DNA of 64,000 nt from Ignavibacteriota bacterium (lineage in GTDB: Bacteria; Bacteroidota; Ignavibacteria; Palsa-1295): positions 96,001-160,000 of the forward strand of contig CAWBEI010000006.1 of the NCBI GenBank assembly GCA_963787835.1, written 5' to 3'. The notes under the pieces were generated by a model. That model had not been told where the DNA came from. It saw only the letters and a program-made list of their open reading frames with translations, and did no database searches. Below are positions 40,201 to 48,506 of the stretch, piece after piece. The position numbers and the translations under genes were made by a program. The first letter of the stretch is position 1. Each line of letters starts with the position of its first letter.

Positions 40201-42085
40201 TTCAACAACCCTTCCTACTCCTTCAACGGATGCAACGATCAACATGGTTTATACCGATGATAGCGATGTGGAGATTAAGGTTCAGGATGCCTTAAAATAT
40301 CCTTTCATTCACGACTGCTTCTCAGCTAACTCATCGTTCAAAGGTACCTCACCGAATTTACCAATCTCGACGATGCTTTACGTGGCAAATTCAGAAGTCT
40401 ATCCTCGCTTATCGGGGGCAAACCCCGAGCTCACCAATATTCAGGTTACGAATTGCCGTTTTTTCGATGAATTAACAGGCACTTATATCATTCCAGCATA
40501 TCACACCATCGATTGTTTTTATGCCTCTAATCTTTATGGGGCCAGCGCTGCTCCCATGCTCATCGCGTACGATACTTTCTATAATGCGCGAATCGGATGC
40601 CAATCCTATCATTGCTCAAATTTGAGGTACAGTTATGATTTAGTCGGGTTGTCTCCTGGTAGCGCCGCCTCCCCGATGCAGCATGGCATTACCGATTATT
40701 CCTCATACGGTGACATCTGCAATTCCTCCATAGAATATTGCGTGGATGGAGGTATCGGTGAATTCAATCATGCCTTTGTTTTCCTCTATGACAATCTACT
40801 CTATGGAAATAGTTATTGGGAACTTACAGCTCAAAATGGCAACAATTGTTGGGTGCGAGGGAATTCATTCTCCACATTTCAGCAATGGGGTGGATGGTCA
40901 TTAGGTGCAGGAAGTTGGATTTACCTATCCGACTTGGTAACAACCGAATATGGAAAAAGTCAATTCCAAACTATAGATGCTGGCAACAGCGCGGATCTTG
41001 TTAGGGGGGGAAATAAAGCCTCTTCCCTTCACGGGGGCGGTTTGTCCATTCAATGTGGGCGTAATTCCTTTGGCTCGACCGAGAGTTGGCACCTCGTTAA
41101 TAACGATCCAGGGTTAGGTACTTACACTATGCCTGTTCAATACAATAATTTTCAGTCTGGCGGCACCGTGCGTCAAATTCGAGTAACGGCGACTGGCACT
41201 CCATTGAATGTCTCTACAACTGACCCTCAGACTAATTGTACAGATGTAATCGATTTAAGTCCGGAATGTACAATTCCGATTGGTAATCCCTACCCTCCAA
41301 CTTCCGAATGGTTTCCAACGGATTCCTCAAGTTCAACCCTAAAAACCGCATTCTGGAACGCGAGAGGAATGCTACTTTCCGATACCAATACCGACGATAT
41401 ACGTATGGCAAGTGCGTCAGACGAAATAGGGCTTGCTGGGTTAATCGATTCATCAGCTACGTATTTGAATCAAGCCCTTGCGGACTTCAACTACGTTCTC
41501 GGGTTGGGGACAACCTTACCTGACCTTAAGAGCAGTTTGTGGATGATGAAAGGCCAAATCTATGAGGAGCAAGGGCTAACAACCTCGGCAATACATTGCT
41601 ATGATACGATCACCTCAAATTATCATCAATACACTGATTCTATTTATGCTGTTTGGTCATTACAGCATCTCGCGCTTCCAAATGATTCAACAAGCAGCTT
41701 CGATTCCTTGCAAAACATCTATGTAACTCGTGTTATCAACGATCTCATCTCGATACAGGATACAATCTCTGGCGGTGGCGGCGAAAAGATGGCGGATGGG
41801 CATCCTATGGCAGATACTACAACGCTACAAGTCACTGTCCATCCGAATCCGGCTTCGGGCATTGTAAAAGTCTGCGTGGCAGATTTACCCGGCGGCATTC
41901 CTGTTGTGGTGAATGTCGTGAACCAAATGGGTGCTTCGGTTGCAACGCTTTATAATGCAACTCCGGAGGCCGAGCTTGGCCTATGCCTATCGCTCGATTG
42001 CTCCATGCTTCCCAGCGGTATCTACTATGCGGATCTCCAAACGGAAGGCACGCACAATGCTGTGAAGTTTACAGTATCACATTAA
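37289..42085 (+). CDS. Large T9SS-secreted S8 (subtilisin-like) serine protease with beta-helix and TPR-like domains
   Basis: AWEITMG..DVYILD (Asp), GHGH (His), GVAP, FAAGN (oxyanion), DLVAPG, SGTSFAAPEVAGVAAL (Ser), GFGRVNA; CTD VHPNP...LPSGIYY. Confidence 0.88.
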   Translation: MKRVSLFFLLILGFASGLYAQPSTYPLYQNIFGATYLNADSVRVDTTTGSPTFHHLFAKRYFAISFTYDIMPLDSVSSDSVLIVGISAINGSYSVIRTQFDSLQVKLGTISFQKAYPAIADSTIACSNAFGLFFANYVDVDTATFYLQQIPLTHVRFASMPYVNCVIPTDAGMIPGTPASALPPDGSNPPSGYATNFHPLGWEWSLYKMKCPMAWEITMGRPDVYILDADDWDYTTPSVNADLVPNFKTISANTDLGWPSLPLYEGHGHKCIGQAIAAAGNGYSMVGVAPKCKALGIGHGFGDPDYEHIDCDGLKNGIKTYADVIYAASGNPGDFLNMFNLGTVATFAAGNGLGRFNDGSGGSYQEYPTEFGPFGWGIFYIDNNPAHDIPFIGVTITMDGFDTYCPNAWSWSKEGAETIADYYSWSSGLEKFDQTSDPTIRGPLKGHAFVDLVAPGLEVLCAYGSPTSSTYAVESGTSFAAPEVAGVAALMKSIGINGNTQANHYLGVNLAGGIPTNGADVEMMAHLILTFTAYKIADISRDAIDPGTGIAIAQGFPASSSDVVYTSGDLDSRYASGTTLTPWQYDYNNNSTFLSKDVVELPGDGISRTLNRSWAQRVGFGRVNAYRAVANSIPVIGNYEYSSSTLHLGFTTAAENENSAFLMHFGAWKDATHKTLVAGGNIIPNQNLVPPYVAWPHLNQGQTVINSASGTPTVLTVGDDPSPGNFDILAIDGNLIGDGLANNKITTTSNGKILITGYLQDVEVTGATTKVDDLIIYSSGSNGYSNVTVGSGQTSEIYGVVQLQDNGNFIVNGGTLTIQPGGEIEMEGNNGFDILSGSHVIMEASSTIANEWVKVESGATLEIKGLLPASIFSDLLVESGGQVIIDAGATLQLDEFTVYSGGSITVLGGTGTGGTPALPGGRLTLNKSTTNTCLGTLSFEGVTGVGNRCTLTGGISACGQVDQNAIILVRGSTTLPTPSTDATINMVYTDDSDVEIKVQDALKYPFIHDCFSANSSFKGTSPNLPISTMLYVANSEVYPRLSGANPELTNIQVTNCRFFDELTGTYIIPAYHTIDCFYASNLYGASAAPMLIAYDTFYNARIGCQSYHCSNLRYSYDLVGLSPGSAASPMQHGITDYSSYGDICNSSIEYCVDGGIGEFNHAFVFLYDNLLYGNSYWELTAQNGNNCWVRGNSFSTFQQWGGWSLGAGSWIYLSDLVTTEYGKSQFQTIDAGNSADLVRGGNKASSLHGGGLSIQCGRNSFGSTESWHLVNNDPGLGTYTMPVQYNNFQSGGTVRQIRVTATGTPLNVSTTDPQTNCTDVIDLSPECTIPIGNPYPPTSEWFPTDSSSSTLKTAFWNARGMLLSDTNTDDIRMASASDEIGLAGLIDSSATYLNQALADFNYVLGLGTTLPDLKSSLWMMKGQIYEEQGLTTSAIHCYDTITSNYHQYTDSIYAVWSLQHLALPNDSTSSFDSLQNIYVTRVINDLISIQDTISGGGGEKMADGHPMADTTTLQVTVHPNPASGIVKVCVADLPGGIPVVVNVVNQMGASVATLYNATPEAELGLCLSLDCSMLPSGIYYADLQTEGTHNAVKFTVSH

Positions 42086-42104
42086 GCGCTTCTAAAATCA
42101 ACTC

Positions 42105-42144
42105 TAACCCGCGCAAGCCGAATTTCTTGCGCGGGTTATTTTTT
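42105..42144 (+). terminator. Rho-independent terminator after the protease gene
   Basis: TAACCCGCGCAAG / CTTGCGCGGGTTA stem plus T-run. Confidence 0.85.
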
Positions 42145-42186
42145 GTCGTATATTGGTGGTGAGTTGATGGGCACCTATATGAATTT

Positions 42187-42214
42187 TCAATTAAGAATTG
42201 AGAATTAAGAATGG
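42187..42214. repeat. Heptamer tandem repeat (AATTRAG)n
   Basis: TCAATTAAGAATTGAGAATTAAGAATGG. Confidence 0.65.
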
Positions 42215-42575
42215 GGGCTCGGTGGTTCATTGACAATCGTTGGCGGTAGGTTTCGTTATGAACGAGTCCTTTGAGAAAGCTGATTTTGCATTTCTTCCAG
42301 AACGAACGGCAAAAACAGCTTGGAAACGAGGGTGTGTCGGGAACTCGCAAGAAAAAGAAATGGCACCTATTTCTGGAAGCAAAGCTCCGGCTGTATTTCT
42401 AACAGATAATGGCAGTGTCGTGTTTGAGTGCCCGCCTTATTAGAGCAATATTGCATTTCCTAAGCAAGGTCACACATAATTGCCCAGTTTGTGGGGGTCC
42501 ATTTCGGAACTGAACGGGAAGCGAATCACCTTTATGTGCCAGTCACCGTCGTTGCCGTGACATCCTCCATTATCC

Positions 42576-44276
42576 TTGGAAATACTACACTTGCATCCCC
42601 AAAGACGAACAATTCGCATCCATTTGGCACATAAGATAACGCTGGCGTTTGCACTCGTTGCTGTTCTGATAGCTGGATTAATCGCCCTCCCCGCCTCTTC
42701 ACAGGCGCAAATGACCTCGGAGGAGCTTTATAACTCCTTTAAGAACAGCATGGGCGTCGCTGACACGGCTACGGAGAAGATCTTAGCTCGCCGCCAAACG
42801 CAAACCGAGCAGACTGCGCAAGCGCTCGAAGCACCGGTCGATCCAAATACGTACCAGCTTGGCCCTGGGGATGGGGTTTATCTTGTGGTGTATTCCATCC
42901 ATGGAATCGATCAGGATCTGATGGTTACTCCCGAAGGGCAGCTATTGATACCGAATGTTGGCGCCGTTCAGGTCTCGGGCATAACCGTAACCGAGGCGCA
43001 GAAGAGGGTGAAAGCTGCATTAGCTAAGGATTTCAAAGCGCCGGATGTCTCGCTTTCGCTTCGGAAATTGCGTCCCATCAAGGTGAATGTTATCGGCAAC
43101 GTGCTTTCACCGGGGATGCAATCGGCTACAGCGATGCAACGAGTCAGCGAGGTGATCGACCATGCCGGTGGATTTAAGACGAATTCATCGCTGAGGAATA
43201 TCGAGATCCGAACGCTTACCGGAAATATTCGGGCACATGCAGATCTTGTTCGGTACTATGCTATTGGGGATCTCAATGCAAACCCTGCGCTGGAGGCTGG
43301 CGACGTCATCGATGTGCCGACTGCCAAGAAGTACACACTCGTTGCGGGCAGCGTTGCTACACCGCAACGGATCGAATTTGTAGATGGCGACTCGCTTTCG
43401 ACGGCGTTAGCTCTATGCGGTGGGTTACTGCCAGGCTCTAATCAGGATTCTATCGAAATAGCCCGCTTCCCTGATAATGATCCAGTCCATGCGCAATGGA
43501 TATGGGTAAATTACGCTCGCGGAGAGAATCCCCTGCTTCATGAGGGAGACCAAATTTTTGTGAGAGCATACTCGCAGTTTCATGTTCCGAGAATTGTCAG
43601 CATTGGAGGCCAAGTGCCATTCCCCGGTGATTATCCGATCCAGCCGGGAACTACGCGCTTAAAGGATATTCTGGAGGGTGCCGGTGGAATCCTTCCGAAT
43701 GCATCGCTGGATCAGGCACGGCTCATTCGGCGAGCAGGCGTTAATAATTTCAGCAACGATCTCGAACTTCAACGCATTCAAACGCTCTCAGCCCTTCGAA
43801 AGGAAGGCCTTACCGATGAGCAGTATAACTATTATGCATCCCATTTCCTCATGTTTTCGATGGTCGTCGATTTCAAAGCGCTGCTTAATGGTGATCAGTC
43901 CCAAAACATATTAATGCGGGAACAGGATTCCATTTACATTCCGCGAGCCATGGGTTTTGTCACGGTATCGGGAAGCGTCATCCGGCAAGGAAATGTAGAG
44001 TTCATCCAGGGAGGCACCTGGCAAGATTATATCAACAAAGCTGGAGGGTTCGCATCGGACGCCGATCGCTCGGCGATCCGGGTGGTCAATCCCCAGACAG
44101 GCTCTTATACCGATCCCCGTTCCGAGTCTAATTATGGAATTGAATCCGGTGATATGATCATCGTGCCACGCGAAGAGCCACATTTTTGGAAAGATGTGGC
44201 TGCTGGCGCACTTATTACAGCTCAGATCATCACCATCCTCGCAGGTGTTATTTTCTTGGTTAAGAACGGTCTATAA
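42576..44276 (+). CDS. Polysaccharide export protein with SLBB domains (Wza/KpsD-like)
   Basis: YQLGPGD, PEGQLLIPNVG, repeated G.V..PG and AGG SLBB motifs; TTG start at 42576 or 42624. Confidence 0.88.
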   Translation: MEILHLHPQRRTIRIHLAHKITLAFALVAVLIAGLIALPASSQAQMTSEELYNSFKNSMGVADTATEKILARRQTQTEQTAQALEAPVDPNTYQLGPGDGVYLVVYSIHGIDQDLMVTPEGQLLIPNVGAVQVSGITVTEAQKRVKAALAKDFKAPDVSLSLRKLRPIKVNVIGNVLSPGMQSATAMQRVSEVIDHAGGFKTNSSLRNIEIRTLTGNIRAHADLVRYYAIGDLNANPALEAGDVIDVPTAKKYTLVAGSVATPQRIEFVDGDSLSTALALCGGLLPGSNQDSIEIARFPDNDPVHAQWIWVNYARGENPLLHEGDQIFVRAYSQFHVPRIVSIGGQVPFPGDYPIQPGTTRLKDILEGAGGILPNASLDQARLIRRAGVNNFSNDLELQRIQTLSALRKEGLTDEQYNYYASHFLMFSMVVDFKALLNGDQSQNILMREQDSIYIPRAMGFVTVSGSVIRQGNVEFIQGGTWQDYINKAGGFASDADRSAIRVVNPQTGSYTDPRSESNYGIESGDMIIVPREEPHFWKDVAAGALITAQIITILAGVIFLVKNGL

Positions 44277-45535
44277 TGAGCCAGACAGAAAACATTCCCA
44301 TGGATCAATCGAATTCCGGAACTGCGGGCTCGTATAGCGTTCTCAGCAATCTCGCCCGGCATTGGCGCCGCGTAGGGATGATCGCTCTGCTCGGCGCCGT
44401 TCTTTTACTCCTTTTTTCTTTCACACGCCCTGCCACGTATGTCGCAACGGTAACGGTGCTGCCTCCGGAACACGAAGGATCGGGTGGCATGCTTGCGTTC
44501 CTCAGCAGTTCGGCTTCAAGCGCCCTGGATCTGCTCAAAGGCGGAATTGCAGAGAACCCTACGCTCGATCTTTTTAAGACGATCATTGAATCACGTTCCA
44601 TTTCTGAGGACGTTGCTGCCGATCCCACAGTTCGGAATTATTTCCTCCATCGGGATACGAGTTATAAAGCCATGGTCGATGTGCTACAAAATAGTATTAA
44701 AAGCGATGCACTTCGAACCGGGATGATGACCGTGACGGTCGATCTAAATGCTCCAGCGTTTTCTTCTCGTGTTTCACAGGATTCTGCCCGGCGCATGAGC
44801 GCCTACGTCGCGAATAAGTTTGTTGAGGCCCTGGATCGTTTTAATCGTGACCGCCTCATGACAAGCGCCAAGAACACCAGAATATTCATGGAGGCTGAGT
44901 ATAAATCTAAGAAAGTGGAGCTCGATAGCGCCTATGGACGCCTCGAACAGTTCCAAGAGACCCACGAAGCGATCTCACTTCCGGAACAGCTTGCCGCTAC
45001 CGTTACTGCTGCAGCCAAATTGACAAGCCAGAAACAACAGCTCGAAATGGAGCGGAACGTCGAGTCTCACGAACTTGGTCCGAACTCCCCACGGATTCAG
45101 GCGCTTGGTGCCGAGGTGGAGGCCGCACAGCAGGAACTGAATAAATACGATAGCGGTGGCGCCGGGGAATATATTCTGGCCTTGAAGAGCGCTCCGGCAC
45201 TTACTCGGGAACTCGCAGGATATCTGCGTGAGGTTAAAGTTCTCGAACAAGTCTCAGCGTACCTCCGTGAAGAGTTGGAGCAGGAAAGAATATCGGAGCA
45301 GCGCGACCTTCCCTCCCTTCAAGTTCTAGATGCCGCACAAGTTCCAACTGAGCGCTCGTCCCCCAGCCGAACCATTTACGCCGGGATCGGGCTGATCCTG
45401 GGTCTGATTTTTGGTATAGCATTCGTCACTTTCCAGGGTTTTAAAAGCGATGTAGCTGCACATCCAGAGGCTCACTCTCGACTGCTCCAGGTTCTCCACG
45501 CCATGCGTCTGGGGAAAAAGCGATCCAACAATTAA
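44276..45535 (+). CDS. Polysaccharide chain-length regulator (Wzz/Wzc N-terminal, no kinase domain)
   Basis: Two TMs flanking a coiled coil, VLDAAQVP..RSSP.R motif; no Walker A. Confidence 0.82.
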   Translation: MSQTENIPMDQSNSGTAGSYSVLSNLARHWRRVGMIALLGAVLLLLFSFTRPATYVATVTVLPPEHEGSGGMLAFLSSSASSALDLLKGGIAENPTLDLFKTIIESRSISEDVAADPTVRNYFLHRDTSYKAMVDVLQNSIKSDALRTGMMTVTVDLNAPAFSSRVSQDSARRMSAYVANKFVEALDRFNRDRLMTSAKNTRIFMEAEYKSKKVELDSAYGRLEQFQETHEAISLPEQLAATVTAAAKLTSQKQQLEMERNVESHELGPNSPRIQALGAEVEAAQQELNKYDSGGAGEYILALKSAPALTRELAGYLREVKVLEQVSAYLREELEQERISEQRDLPSLQVLDAAQVPTERSSPSRTIYAGIGLILGLIFGIAFVTFQGFKSDVAAHPEAHSRLLQVLHAMRLGKKRSNN

Positions 45536-45559
45536 GTAATAGCCTGGAAGGGAAAGCAC

Positions 45560-46753
45560 ATGCGGACTTTGATCGTGAATTCTATGTTCGCAAGCTCGGT
45601 CTATCGCCGATGCGCTGACGAGTTGGGCACTATTCCAGGCATGGAACTTACGGTTCTTACGGTCGATGCCTGGCGAATGAATGGGCGCCCTATGCCGTTC
45701 GATGCGATCGCTTCATCGGCGCCATACGCAACCGTGATCGGCGAAGCGGGTTGGCGAGGCTATGAGAATCGCGGCTTTTATCGTTCCGGATTGCGTAGAG
45801 CGTTCGAATTGTCACGACTGGATGTGCTCTTTCTGATGGAGGAGCCGTTTTCCGTTTTCGCCGCCGAGATCCTTCTTGCAAAAGCAATTTATGCACCACG
45901 AACTCCTGCTGTATTCTTTACCTGGAACAATCTCTCACTTACGGAATTCGATTACAGCCCATCTTTTTTTTATCGCACCGTTGCTCGACAAACACTTTCG
46001 AGAATGCACTATGGCCTGACGGCAAATTTTGATGGGATTGATGTATTACGCCGCGTCGGATATAAAAATCCCATTCGAAACATTGGATATGGAGTTGATA
46101 CATCCTCGTATAGCACCCCGCGTCCAGATCGCGTTTGTGAGATCCGCACTTCTCTAAATATTTCACCAGAGGAGATAGTCATTGGCTACGTCGGTCGCAT
46201 GATGGAGATGAAAGGCGTTGATCTGCTGATCGAGGCATACGCTCGATTGAAAAGGGATCATCCAGAGCTGCGGACACGACTGCTTCTCATCGGAAGCGGC
46301 GAAGCTGAAAAAACATTCTTACAAATGGCGGAAACTCTCGGCATTTCCTCTGACATTCGCCATGTTCCATCCCTTCCTCATAAGGAAGTACCTGACTACA
46401 TGCATGCGCTCGATATTCTTGTACTTCCAAGCCGGCGTAAAGCGATGTGGGCGGAACAATTCGGACGTGTGCTTGTCGAGGCAATGGCCGCTGGGAAGAT
46501 CGTGATCGGATCATCTTCTGGTGCTATCCCGGAGGTGATAGGTAATGCCGGTTTTATTTTCACGGAAAATGATTCCGTTGCATTAACATCTACACTGCTT
46601 CAGGCATTGATATTAGATACTGCCGCCCGTATAACCCTGCTTGAACACGCTCATGAACGCGCAAATTACTTTAGCTGGAAACGTTTTGCGAACGATGCAT
46701 TCGAGGCAATCGCTTATTGTCACGATATCAGAACAAATCCGTCTAAAGCTTAG
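45560..46753 (+). CDS. Glycosyltransferase family 4
   Basis: GYVGRM..MKGV, VLPSR..WAEQFGRVLVEAMA; paralog-like to 29157..30326. Confidence 0.9.
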   Translation: MRTLIVNSMFASSVYRRCADELGTIPGMELTVLTVDAWRMNGRPMPFDAIASSAPYATVIGEAGWRGYENRGFYRSGLRRAFELSRLDVLFLMEEPFSVFAAEILLAKAIYAPRTPAVFFTWNNLSLTEFDYSPSFFYRTVARQTLSRMHYGLTANFDGIDVLRRVGYKNPIRNIGYGVDTSSYSTPRPDRVCEIRTSLNISPEEIVIGYVGRMMEMKGVDLLIEAYARLKRDHPELRTRLLLIGSGEAEKTFLQMAETLGISSDIRHVPSLPHKEVPDYMHALDILVLPSRRKAMWAEQFGRVLVEAMAAGKIVIGSSSGAIPEVIGNAGFIFTENDSVALTSTLLQALILDTAARITLLEHAHERANYFSWKRFANDAFEAIAYCHDIRTNPSKA

Positions 46754-46755
46754 AG

Positions 46756-48402
46756 ATGCCAGCACATCGTATTACAAAAGGCTTTGCCTGGAATCATCTC
46801 TATAAGTTAATAGAGTATGGCGGATTAAGCCTGTATGCTATTCTCGTCGGGCGAAAATTCGGGCCGGAAATAAGTGGAAATTACGCAGTGTTCCTCTCGA
46901 TAAGCGGGACATTAGCGATCATCGGAGCATTCGCAGTAGATGGCGTTCTTCTCCGCTATCTACCGAGAATTCTCCGTGGCGAACGAAAATTCGGCGAAGC
47001 AAAAGTGGAAGGGATTCGCCCTTTCCTGATAGAGTTGTTAGCGTTTCGGTTGTTCGTGAATCTTATTTTAGCGGCATTAGTCATTCTGGTGCTTGTAATA
47101 CTTCCCGGTTACTCCACCGCGCTATCGGCATCTCTTGGCAATATTCAGCACCTTTGGCCATATTTTATTATATTCCTTTTTGGGCAGGCCGCTGTTGCAT
47201 TCTCTACATTTACATTGATTGGCTTATTACAAGTTCAATGGGTATTCTATGCCAGCCTGATCTCTCGAATGGCGTTGCTCGCAGCCGGGCTGATCTTCAT
47301 CTTTACCGGAACTCTCTCGATCGATGGCGCGATCGCGCTTCATGCCTTTTCCGCGATATTGAATGGAGCTATCCTTGTTTATCTGGTGAACCGTCACGTC
47401 GAACCCGGATCAAGCAGAGGTTTACGAGAGGAGTTCAGCCATTTTCGAAAACATCTCGGGGAGTTTATTAGCAAGCCTAACAGGGTACGAGTTTTTATCC
47501 TATTGCCATTCATGATCTATGGAGTCACCACATGGGGCAATGACATTCTTAGCACGGTGCTTGGCCGGCAACCGGACATCCTGATGATGCGAGCCTTGCT
47601 TGGCGAGAACGCACGCGATATTGGCCTTTATGATGCTGCTGCCAGACTTGCTCAAATGGCAGAGTACATTTTCCTGTTCGGTCTTGGAGGTGCACTCGTA
47701 AGTGTATTTAGTGAAATATCCCACGATGATGAGCACAATGCACCAGCGGCACAAAACGCAAAACTCCACCAATTTAACTACCCGAGGCTTGCGAACGCCC
47801 GCCGGGAAATTTCCGGATATCAGACATTAAGCACGACACCTCTTTTTGCCTTCATGATGGTGTTTTCTCCACTTGTGATCAACGTGGTGTATGGTTCAAA
47901 ATTTGAGGGTGCTCAACATTTGCTGTTGGCAAGTCTTATTCTCCAAACCATAACCGTTGTGGTTTTTGGAGGTGGAATGCATGTGACCACCCTCGTCGCG
48001 ATCGGAAAGGAGCGTGTTGTTTTTGTCAACCGGCTTTGCTGGGGACTTCTTAATCTTGTTGCAAACTATTTCCTCATTAAATCCTACGGCGGACTCGGCG
48101 CAATCATAGGAACGCAATGCGCCAATGCGGGCGCGTGCGCAACAGAAAGCTTTTTTTCGGCGCGATGGATCGGTCAAAGTTTGCGCCCATTTCGATCTCT
48201 TGCTATTCTCAGTATCGTGACGGTAAGCGTACTCCTCACCTATATAACAGGAGAGGTATTACCACTGCACCTTGCTCCAGTATTTCGCCTTGTGGCGTTG
48301 GCGCTCGAAATGGCCGTTCTTACCATCGGAGGTTATCTGAGCTTCCGAATTCCCGAAGCAAGTAAAGTATTAGGAAAGATCCGTTCGTTATTTGGTAAAT
48401 AG
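46756..48402 (+). CDS. Polysaccharide flippase (Wzx/MOP superfamily)
   Basis: About 12-14 TMs, KGFAWN start, IGLYDAA, LI..YGGLGA. Confidence 0.78.
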   Translation: MPAHRITKGFAWNHLYKLIEYGGLSLYAILVGRKFGPEISGNYAVFLSISGTLAIIGAFAVDGVLLRYLPRILRGERKFGEAKVEGIRPFLIELLAFRLFVNLILAALVILVLVILPGYSTALSASLGNIQHLWPYFIIFLFGQAAVAFSTFTLIGLLQVQWVFYASLISRMALLAAGLIFIFTGTLSIDGAIALHAFSAILNGAILVYLVNRHVEPGSSRGLREEFSHFRKHLGEFISKPNRVRVFILLPFMIYGVTTWGNDILSTVLGRQPDILMMRALLGENARDIGLYDAAARLAQMAEYIFLFGLGGALVSVFSEISHDDEHNAPAAQNAKLHQFNYPRLANARREISGYQTLSTTPLFAFMMVFSPLVINVVYGSKFEGAQHLLLASLILQTITVVVFGGGMHVTTLVAIGKERVVFVNRLCWGLLNLVANYFLIKSYGGLGAIIGTQCANAGACATESFFSARWIGQSLRPFRSLAILSIVTVSVLLTYITGEVLPLHLAPVFRLVALALEMAVLTIGGYLSFRIPEASKVLGKIRSLFGK

Positions 48403-48506
48403 AAGCTAAGCCACTCGATATATAACATACATGGAGAAACAATATACCTGGAGGGCTCGTTGTGTAGCAAGTTAGTACACGTGCTTTCTACAACTTAATC
48501 ACTGTG

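Noticed and set aside
42240-42443. 67-aa ORF upstream of the Wza-like gene
   Set aside because: TTG start and no motifs; more likely leader sequence
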